Below are positions 1 to 7,366 of a stretch of 20,025 bases of DNA, piece by piece. The notes below the pieces were generated by a model. The model was not told the DNA's origin. It searched no databases and saw nothing but the letters and a program-made list of their open reading frames with translations. The stretch comes from an uncultured Fibrobacterales bacterium (GTDB taxonomy: Bacteria; Fibrobacterota; Fibrobacteria; Fibrobacterales; CAWVXU01), in assembly GCA_963934255.1 (NCBI GenBank), contig CAWVXU010000049.1, positions 1 through 20,025 of the forward strand. Reading direction: 5' to 3'. Positions within the stretch are counted from its first letter, which is position 1; every line of letters starts with the position of its first letter. The translations under genes and the position numbers were made by a program.

Positions 1-66
1 TGTAGATTGAAATTAACCTTATTAGAAAATCCTTCGAAAAAAATGAAAAATCTCTCAAATTTCAAC

Positions 67-154
67 AAGCATATCTTCCTGAAACGTCACAGAGAAGTCT
101 CAGGAAGATATTCTTAAGCTAAAGAATCTTCAAAGTATCAACTCAGAAGATTCT
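67..154 (-). other. Two adjacent inverted repeats (hairpins) in the non-coding region downstream of dusB; possible structured RNA or 3' end element
   Basis: Perfect 12-bp arms ATATCTTCCTGA (71-82) / TCAGGAAGATAT (100-111) and perfect 9-bp arms AGAATCTTC (123-131) / GAAGATTCT (146-154). Both stems extend inward through a G.U pair only when read on the minus strand. No credible ORF in 1-284. Confidence 0.5.
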
Positions 155-284
155 ACCAAGAACAAACGTTGGGTATCTCAAAAAATCAAAAGAAAATAAA
201 GACACAAAAACACCGTTGGAATTGCCTTCCATTATAACTTGTTTTGGACCGATAAACACTAAGATTTTTAAGACAATTAAAACA

Positions 285-1385
285 TTATCTTTTAAAATCT
301 TGACCCGATTGAATAACTCTATCGGGTTTTCCATTGAGATTACCCAGGTTTTCAAAAGACAAAATATCTTGATCTACCCCCATTTGCTTTAATTCATCAG
401 ACCACTGATACAAATAATCCTCAAATTGAACCCATTCATTCGACCTTAGGAGCTTCCCTCTGTATTCTTCACCATTCTTGATACACTTGAAAATGCGTGC
501 TGAAACTTGCTTTAAACGCCCCATATAACGTTTTTCAATGAGTCCATCTTCTTCCATAAAGCCTTTGAACATTGTCATTGCCTGATGCACATTTTGACTT
601 TGAATTCCATTCCATGGCAAAGAGTTTACTTTATGGTGATATTCATCAAAAATCCAAGGGTTGTGCATAGCTCCTCGACCAATTGAAACTCCATCTACAC
701 CATATTTATCAAGCTTATCAATAGCGTCTTGAGCATCAATAATATCTCCATTGCCAATAATAGGGATTTTAGACAATTGTTTTATTTCAGCAATTTTATT
801 CCAATCAGCTAAACCACGATATCCTTGCAAACGAGTTCTTCCATGGATGACAAATAGGTCAGCTCCTTCGTTTTGAGCAACCTTATGACTCTCTTGAAGT
901 GTTATTTCATCATCAGACCAACCTATGCGCACTTTAACACTTAAAGGAATCTTGATAGTTTTTCTCAAAACTTTCAAAATACTAGACATATGGGGTAAAT
1001 CCCTAAGAAGTCCAGATCCGCCACCTCTTTTCACCACTTTAGGAGCCGGACAACCACAATTGAGCTCTAAAAACTTTGCGCCGTGCTCCACAGCTTTATT
1101 TGCAGCCAGCTCCATTGCCTGAAGGTCTACCCCAAATATTTGAGCACAAAAAAGGTTTTCACTCGAATGAGGAATCATTAAGTTGTTTTCTTTTGTCACG
1201 CCCTGACCTAACGACTCAACTGCAACAAATTCAGAAACATGAAGTCCTGTTTTACCCTGACTTAGAGCCGAGGTTAACCTCCTAAAAGGTCGATCAGTCA
1301 CACCATGCATGGGGGAAAGAAAAAAATTTGGGGTGATTTTTACGTTTCCAAACATAAATTCATTTTTTTTCACCTGATTTTGCAT
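285..1385 (-). CDS. dusB: tRNA-dihydrouridine synthase (Dus family, DusB/NifR3-like), 366 aa
   Basis: Dus motifs LSPMHGVTDRPFR, SEFV, QIFG, ELNCGCPAPKV..GGGSGLL (catalytic Cys), SVKVRIGW, IHGRTRLQGY, IPIIGNGDI, IGRGAMHNPWIF. The family is secure; the subfamily is less so. Confidence 0.9.
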   Translation of the reverse strand: MQNQVKKNEFMFGNVKITPNFFLSPMHGVTDRPFRRLTSALSQGKTGLHVSEFVAVESLGQGVTKENNLMIPHSSENLFCAQIFGVDLQAMELAANKAVEHGAKFLELNCGCPAPKVVKRGGGSGLLRDLPHMSSILKVLRKTIKIPLSVKVRIGWSDDEITLQESHKVAQNEGADLFVIHGRTRLQGYRGLADWNKIAEIKQLSKIPIIGNGDIIDAQDAIDKLDKYGVDGVSIGRGAMHNPWIFDEYHHKVNSLPWNGIQSQNVHQAMTMFKGFMEEDGLIEKRYMGRLKQVSARIFKCIKNGEEYRGKLLRSNEWVQFEDYLYQWSDELKQMGVDQDILSFENLGNLNGKPDRVIQSGQDFKR

Positions 1386-1458
1386 AAAAATTGAGCTTTA
1401 CTTTAAGTTTTCCTCAAAATGTAGTTCAAATTGGCCGATTTAAAGGGTGGTGCCAAGT

Positions 1459-1489
1459 ATCAAGAAAGTTTTTGAAAGCTTTTCTTGAT
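1459..1489. promoter_or_regulatory. 9-bp inverted repeat (ATCAAGAAA-N13-TTTCTTGAT) overlapping the predicted -35 box; candidate operator
   Basis: Arms at 1459-1467 and 1481-1489 are exact reverse complements. They lie in the divergent dusB/HU intergenic region. Confidence 0.45.
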
Positions 1490-1513
1490 TCTGAGTTATT
1501 CGGATGCTATATT
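1485..1513 (+). promoter_or_regulatory. sigma70-type promoter for the HU/IHF-led operon
   Basis: -35 TTGATT (1485-1490), 17-nt spacer, extended -10 TGc-TATATT (-10 box at 1508-1513), ending about 30 nt before the probable start codon. Confidence 0.6.
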
Positions 1514-1544
1514 TATAGTAGGCTTAATAAAGAAGGATGTTTTC

Positions 1545-1889
1545 TTGTCAAACGTAACTAAAAGAGATCTTATTTTAGATATAGTACGCTCTACTGGTTT
1601 TACTCAAAATGAGATAAAGCAAGTGATAGAAGGGTTCTTTAGTCTTGTAGGTGAATCTTTAAGTGAAGAGAAAAACATCGAAATTCGAGGATTTGGTACT
1701 TTTTTTACCAAATCTCGTAAAGCTAGAGCCGCAAGGAACCCAAAAACGGGTGACCAAATACAACTTAACGAATCTCTCGCACCTTTGTTTAAATTTTCAT
1801 CTGAGCTCAAATCCTTAGTGGATATGTCTCATCAGGTGGAAACCAAAGAGGTTGAGAGCCATGCCGAATTCGTTCACATTAAAAAATAA
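1545..1889 (+). CDS. HU/IHF family DNA-binding protein (IHF-like), ~114 aa
   Basis: VTKRDLI...IEIRGFGTF..KSRKARAARNPKTG...PLFKFSSELK is the HU/IHF signature. Start moved from 1485 to TTG at 1545, which has AAGGA 7 nt upstream; the upstream extension overlaps the promoter. Has a ~20-aa C-terminal tail. Confidence 0.92.
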   Translation: MSNVTKRDLILDIVRSTGFTQNEIKQVIEGFFSLVGESLSEEKNIEIRGFGTFFTKSRKARAARNPKTGDQIQLNESLAPLFKFSSELKSLVDMSHQVETKEVESHAEFVHIKK

Positions 1890-3228
1890 AGGGCAATCAT
1901 ACCCTCAGCTTTTATTGTGCTTATTGACTCTATTAGCTCCACAAATATTCTCCCAAAAATATGTATCAAGTGTTGCGCAATCTGAAGCAATACTTGGGTT
2001 CTCTCCAAAGCTTTTTACTCACGACTTTTCTGAGAATTACAAGAAAGTTTATGGTCAAATAAATACAAGTTTACCTTTAACATTTGATTCACCATTAAGT
2101 GATGGAATTCAATCTAGGTTAAATAATCACCCACTTTTTGAAGAAGGCGGTGTGAGTAATCAAGGCGCACTAAGTACAAGTATTAACGCTGGTATGCCAC
2201 TTTATGATGGATCTATCACTCTAAATTACGTGGAAAACTTTCAAAACTCCTATCTCATTGAAAACCCAAACAGTGTCTTAGACATTGACTCAACAATTGA
2301 AAATGGGTATGTGAAACTTCGAGCGAATTTGAGTTCTTCTTTTCTGTTCCAACAAAGTTGGAAAACAATTTCCGGAGGTTACAGCCTCCACTTAGATCAA
2401 AATAAATACATAGGTTTTCAATTACACAAGCATTTGTTCAACTTCCAATTACACGGGAACATGAAAGGCACTTGGAGAGGTAATTTAACTCGCAATGAGA
2501 ACAATGTAGAAAGTCAATTCCCTATTAAATATGAAGAAAATCAATTCTATACCATATTAGAAGCAGAATTTAAAGGTAGTTCATGGAGTCCTGAAATCAG
2601 TCTGGCATGGGGGCGATGGTCATGGAAAAGTCTTTTATCAACTCAGACAAAATTAATTGGGCATTTTAATTTTGAACAAGCCAGTCCTTATTTTACTGAT
2701 CCACTCACTTTAGAAATGAATCTACCTACTGACAGTTTGCTGAGCAATGCCTCAATTGAGTCATCCATATCCGGCGAAACTCAAGAGTTTAATAAATCAA
2801 GTCAGGAAATAGACGTATATTGGATCACCCCCGAGGTTCACTCCTTAGGCTTTGCAGTCATCCCCCAAAAACTTAACTTATCATTAACCTGGTTTAAAGC
2901 AAACTTTGGTATCAAAGTTAATGATATAGACTCAATTTCACAATTTGTCAATCCAACCAAATGGTCTTTTCAGCCTGACCTTGTTATTGCAAGTGACTTT
3001 AATTTCCTGCCTTTTAGAGGAAGCTTAGCATGGTTAATTTTTGATTCAAAAAATTCAGATCGTTTTTTTGAAAAGATAGAAATTCTTGGACTTAGTAAGT
3101 GGTTGGACAAGGGGCATGTTCCCTATTTAACAACCGGTATTGTATTAGGTGATTTCATCCAGGTTAGTATTGACTTGCAATCGCTTCCAACTCAGGCTTT
3201 AAATATAGGAGTATTATATGTCTATTAA
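1861..3228 (+). CDS. Hypothetical secreted protein, probable outer-membrane beta-barrel, ~455 aa
   Basis: ATG at 1861 after GAGAG; signal-peptide-like segment (LLLCLLTLLAPQIFS/Q); many aromatic-rich alternating segments; C-terminus ALNIGVLYVY ends in an aromatic residue like a beta-signal. Overlaps both neighbours. Confidence 0.6.
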   Translation: MPNSFTLKNKGQSYPQLLLCLLTLLAPQIFSQKYVSSVAQSEAILGFSPKLFTHDFSENYKKVYGQINTSLPLTFDSPLSDGIQSRLNNHPLFEEGGVSNQGALSTSINAGMPLYDGSITLNYVENFQNSYLIENPNSVLDIDSTIENGYVKLRANLSSSFLFQQSWKTISGGYSLHLDQNKYIGFQLHKHLFNFQLHGNMKGTWRGNLTRNENNVESQFPIKYEENQFYTILEAEFKGSSWSPEISLAWGRWSWKSLLSTQTKLIGHFNFEQASPYFTDPLTLEMNLPTDSLLSNASIESSISGETQEFNKSSQEIDVYWITPEVHSLGFAVIPQKLNLSLTWFKANFGIKVNDIDSISQFVNPTKWSFQPDLVIASDFNFLPFRGSLAWLIFDSKNSDRFFEKIEILGLSKWLDKGHVPYLTTGIVLGDFIQVSIDLQSLPTQALNIGVLYVY

Positions 3229-6200
3229 GTACTCTGTCTTAGCTTTGATTCTTTGTCAAATGGCTTGGGCTTTAAATACAATCACCCCAACGGCCGATAG
3301 ATTTAGACAAGAACAATCTCCTGAATTCAATATTGACTTAGGAGTAACTAAAAGTGATTCATTAAACCTTTACCGTTCTGATTTCCAAACCGGCTTACAA
3401 GAACTATTTTTTGAATTTGAAGTCATAGATGATATATTCAAAATAAATCCGAATTCTCTAACTCCTGGTAGTCATTTTTTCACTATAGAAAATATTCAAG
3501 ACCCTAGTGACTCTTTGAAATTTGAAACTTTAATACTCAGTGATAAGCCATTTGAAATGCTGAGTCCGGTTTCCGGTAAACAAAGTGAAGAGTTGCCTGT
3601 TTTAAAATGGAATGGACCAGATGGAGTGCAACTCTGGCGTTGGTTTATATCAGACAAAGCCATTGCCTATAATGAGATAACTAAACAATATGAAGGCCAA
3701 ATATTCAAAGAAGGTTGGAGTTCAACTCCTTATCTGGACTTAGCCGGTACGAGTCTCTTGCAAAATGGAGACCTAGCATTTATTAGGGGTCAAAAATATT
3801 TCTATTCCATTTTCCCTGCATATGGACCACAAGAAAACCTAGTGGATTATCAACGAGTTTTAATCAACTCATTTCAATATGGATTAGGCCTTAAGTTGAA
3901 TGACTCACTGCAATGGATATATCCGACGCAGGGTGATACTCTTGATGCAACCTTATCAGAGATTAATTTTTTACGTTGGTCTCGCACGAATGAAGCCGAC
4001 CAATATTTGATCAGGGTATTCAAGCCTGTTAAGTATGGTAATATGCTGTTTTCACAATCACTACACGAGTTTTTCACAACAGACACATTTAGTCAGTTTA
4101 ATTTTCATAACTTTTCATATAGTGATTCTGTTTCTTTATCGGTTGCAGCATACGCAAATGGTCAGCTCATTAGTGAATCCAATATTGATGCTTTCGTCAA
4201 ACAAAAAAATGTTCAATTAACATTAGACCCTCTTCCATTTAACACTCAAGTTCATTTTGAAAGTTTGAATTCAAAATCACCTTTATATTTTGATCGTTTT
4301 GAGGATAGTAAATTTAACATTCCACAAGGTCAATGGAATATTAAATTGATTAACCCTCTTTATCATCCTATTATTATTTCCGGTCAATTTTACAAAGACA
4401 CAACACTCCAACTTCAATTTGAAAAAATAACATCTCACGTTGAAGGACAAATTTTAGATGAAAATCAACTCCCATTTCCAGGAGCCAAAATTATTTTTGA
4501 AAATGCAATTACCAATGTAAAAACTTCAGCAATATCAGGTAGTCAAGGTTATTTTAAATCAAGCTTAACTCCTAGCTTATACCACTATTATTCCATTAAC
4601 AAAAATGGGATTACTAGCACTCCCATAGAGTTGGAAATACAATCAGGTGAACTACTTTCTATTGGTAAAATCATTGTTAAGAATGAATCTTTTCTGTGGA
4701 AATCTCAACTATTTGACGAAAGTAACCAACCACTCAATTCAGTACCCATTCAAATCCAAAGAGCCGACGGCTCTTTTCTCACTCAAACACAAACAACTCC
4801 TGAGGGTAAAGTTGAAATTGAACTCGGACCTGGTCAATTTAATTTATTAGTGAAAAGTTCAAAATTTGAAAATAAAACCATACCCATTAATGTCCCTCAA
4901 AGTATTATTGAAAATCATATTATTAAAAAATCAATCTTTGAAATTAAAGGATCAACTATCATTGAATCCTGGGTTGCTAAGGATTCAACGCTCAAACAAG
5001 TTATACCCAATCACTTAGTTTATGCATTTTCAACAGGTCAAGATACCATTTGGTCTCAAACAAATAAAAATGGTGAATTCAAATTTCAAATCCCAGCTAA
5101 ACAAAAATGGATTATAGGAAGTGAATTCAATTCTCGGAAGGTAGAAGTAACTGATTTAAATATTGACTTCAATCAACGAAACATAATTTTCAAAAACAAA
5201 TCACGAATTATTGGTTCACTATCATCAGTCACTAGCCCAGCAAGCGAAATTGTTGCATTAGCTTTCACTGAAGACAAAAGAGTTCATGGTCATATTTTTG
5301 AAGAGCAAGGAATTTGGAAATATCTTTTTGAAGATCTTGATGAAGGTGATTATTCTATTCAAGTATCCACGAACACAGCAGTTGCAATCAGTTCAACACC
5401 AATAACTATTTTCAAGAACCAAGCTATTAACCAATATCTTGAATTTATCGGTCCGACTTTAACTTTAAACTCCTCACAGGTAAATACATCCTTTTCTACA
5501 ACTCTAAATGGTTTTGAACTAACCCAAGCCAAAATTTATATTCAATCACCTAGTCCACAGATTCGAAATATTCAGGATACGTTACTGTATGCCCCTGCGT
5601 TATACGCCCTTGCGATCATACCAGAGAATTCTAATGTCATCCCAATAGATTCAATATTCATTCAAAGAGGAAGCGAACTCGATTCCAATTTAATCTTTGA
5701 TTTCCAAGATACCCATAGCCCCCAAGACCAATATGAATTCACAGGGAATAATTTTGTTGATGAATTAAATCTCGTTCTTAATTATCAAAACATTCCAGAC
5801 TCTGCATTTATTTATTATCGATGGAATAATACTCAATGGAATCAACAAAAAATAACCGACTTCCAAAACAACCAAGCTAACATCCCTTTAAGTCTAAATC
5901 TGGAAGGCTTCCTTAATTTGGAATATTACTTTGTCATTTATCGTGAAAACCAAATTGCAACTAATAAAACCTATGGAAAAAAATTCCACTCAAAGGTTAA
6001 TGTATCTAAATCAAATTGGATTATTTACCCTTTAGCGCAAGACACATTAAAAATGCCTTTATCAACACAAATTAACTTGCAGCTTAAACTATACGACCAA
6101 AAAGGGATTAATCATGATATTTCAAATCAGGCTTTAGACAGCTTTGTAATCACAAAAAAATCAAATGAGAATTGGATTGTGGAGCTTGATTCATTGACAA

Positions 6201-7366
6201 AAGCAATAAAAATCACGTCGCCCAAACACAAAGACACGCTGGCTTTAACACTTCAACTGTCATGGCATGCAGATACAATCCTTTGGCAAAAGAATTTCAT
6301 TAATAAAGAAATCCTATCAAATGAACTTGTTTTAAATATCCGCCCCAAGAAAGCTTTTTACTTCCCTGGTGATACTTTAGAAGTTTCGAGTGAATTAATC
6401 GATCAAATAAACCCTACACTTAGATACAATCCCGGGCAAATCATTTCAATGAATAATGATTCACTAATATCAAATCAGTTTATTATTCCAGACCAATATA
6501 TTGGTCCCATCAAAATAAACGCTAAATGGAACCAAATTTCAACGTTCGAAGACATTGAAGTAATAGGTATTATTCCAGTTAATAATTTCCAAAAAATATT
6601 TATTCGGGATTCAGTTTTTCAATTAATCATAAGAAAAGATGCCAATCAAGGAACAGCCGATATCCCAATTCGACTTCGTGGTGACTTACGTGATTCAAGT
6701 ACATGGGCTCGTGAAGCCAGAACAGTACTTGAAGGTCCTTTTGCTATTCATTACCCGTTCTCAAGAGCATTGGACTCAATGCCTATTATTCAATACCAAA
6801 AAGATACTGATATTGAGTCACTATACCTCAGAAACTTCAATGACTCAAGTTACCTATTCCTTGAAATTGATAGCTCTGAATTTACCGACACACCCATTTG
6901 GACATTCCCTACAGCAGCCAAAACCAAAGCCTACAAAAACACAGATGATCAAATCACTTGGTTACTCAAATATCAATGGCCAGTTTTCTTTGATATATCC
7001 AAGCAAGCAAGCCAAGGAAAGAAACCATTCATATCTATTACTCCCAACCCTTTTAGCCCTGACGTAATTGCTAGTCATGATGGCAATAATGAACTAGGAA
7101 CCCGCATTGACTTCCTCCCTAGCGCCCCTCAAGGTAATAAGGCTATTGTAACAATCAACATATACAACATGGCGGGTGAGCTCGTTAAGCGACTTATTAA
7201 AAGAGAAGTTTTCCCTCAAGTAATCCAAAATATTTATTGGGATGGTAGAACAGATAGCGGAAGACTTGCTAGAAATGGTAGATACTTAATATTTTTTGAA
7301 TCCGGAGCTATTCACCAGCGTTCTAAAAGAGCCAAGATTATTCAATCTGTGGTGGTATTTCGATGA
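3218..7366 (+). CDS. Large secreted multidomain protein (1382 aa): Fn3/Ig-like modules, ~4 carboxypeptidase-regulatory-like repeats, C-terminal FlgD-Ig / T9SS CTD-like domain
   Basis: Signal peptide (LALILCQMAWA/L). Ig/Fn3-like starts MLSPVSG..PVLKW and WIYPTQGD..LRW. Repeats VEGQILDENQLPFPGAKI..SGSQGYF, LFDESNQPLNSVPI..TTPEGKV..LGPGQFNL, QTNKNGEFKF, FEDLDEGDYSIQVS. Tail ITPNPFSPD..VTINIYNMAGELVKRL..IYWDGRTDSGRLARNGRYLI. No catalytic motif recognised. Confidence 0.8.
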   Translation: MSIKYSVLALILCQMAWALNTITPTADRFRQEQSPEFNIDLGVTKSDSLNLYRSDFQTGLQELFFEFEVIDDIFKINPNSLTPGSHFFTIENIQDPSDSLKFETLILSDKPFEMLSPVSGKQSEELPVLKWNGPDGVQLWRWFISDKAIAYNEITKQYEGQIFKEGWSSTPYLDLAGTSLLQNGDLAFIRGQKYFYSIFPAYGPQENLVDYQRVLINSFQYGLGLKLNDSLQWIYPTQGDTLDATLSEINFLRWSRTNEADQYLIRVFKPVKYGNMLFSQSLHEFFTTDTFSQFNFHNFSYSDSVSLSVAAYANGQLISESNIDAFVKQKNVQLTLDPLPFNTQVHFESLNSKSPLYFDRFEDSKFNIPQGQWNIKLINPLYHPIIISGQFYKDTTLQLQFEKITSHVEGQILDENQLPFPGAKIIFENAITNVKTSAISGSQGYFKSSLTPSLYHYYSINKNGITSTPIELEIQSGELLSIGKIIVKNESFLWKSQLFDESNQPLNSVPIQIQRADGSFLTQTQTTPEGKVEIELGPGQFNLLVKSSKFENKTIPINVPQSIIENHIIKKSIFEIKGSTIIESWVAKDSTLKQVIPNHLVYAFSTGQDTIWSQTNKNGEFKFQIPAKQKWIIGSEFNSRKVEVTDLNIDFNQRNIIFKNKSRIIGSLSSVTSPASEIVALAFTEDKRVHGHIFEEQGIWKYLFEDLDEGDYSIQVSTNTAVAISSTPITIFKNQAINQYLEFIGPTLTLNSSQVNTSFSTTLNGFELTQAKIYIQSPSPQIRNIQDTLLYAPALYALAIIPENSNVIPIDSIFIQRGSELDSNLIFDFQDTHSPQDQYEFTGNNFVDELNLVLNYQNIPDSAFIYYRWNNTQWNQQKITDFQNNQANIPLSLNLEGFLNLEYYFVIYRENQIATNKTYGKKFHSKVNVSKSNWIIYPLAQDTLKMPLSTQINLQLKLYDQKGINHDISNQALDSFVITKKSNENWIVELDSLTKAIKITSPKHKDTLALTLQLSWHADTILWQKNFINKEILSNELVLNIRPKKAFYFPGDTLEVSSELIDQINPTLRYNPGQIISMNNDSLISNQFIIPDQYIGPIKINAKWNQISTFEDIEVIGIIPVNNFQKIFIRDSVFQLIIRKDANQGTADIPIRLRGDLRDSSTWAREARTVLEGPFAIHYPFSRALDSMPIIQYQKDTDIESLYLRNFNDSSYLFLEIDSSEFTDTPIWTFPTAAKTKAYKNTDDQITWLLKYQWPVFFDISKQASQGKKPFISITPNPFSPDVIASHDGNNELGTRIDFLPSAPQGNKAIVTINIYNMAGELVKRLIKREVFPQVIQNIYWDGRTDSGRLARNGRYLIFFESGAIHQRSKRAKIIQSVVVFR

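Noticed and set aside
143..355. 70-aa minus-strand ORF overlapping the dusB 3' end
   Set aside because: Overlaps dusB out of frame, has no recognisable motif, and its F/L/V-rich composition simply reflects the T-rich strand.
1485..1544. 20-aa N-terminal extension of HU/IHF in the ORF track
   Set aside because: Overlaps the predicted promoter. Family similarity and an AAGGA RBS support TTG at 1545.
925..1810. Short ORFs 925-1122, 1076-1285 and 1604-1810
   Set aside because: Antisense shadows of the well-supported dusB and HU/IHF genes.
3874..7067. ORFs 3874-4086, 4035-4220, 4647-4850 and 6639-7067 nested in the 1382-aa gene
   Set aside because: Out-of-frame or antisense shadows with no motifs; the main frame is uninterrupted.
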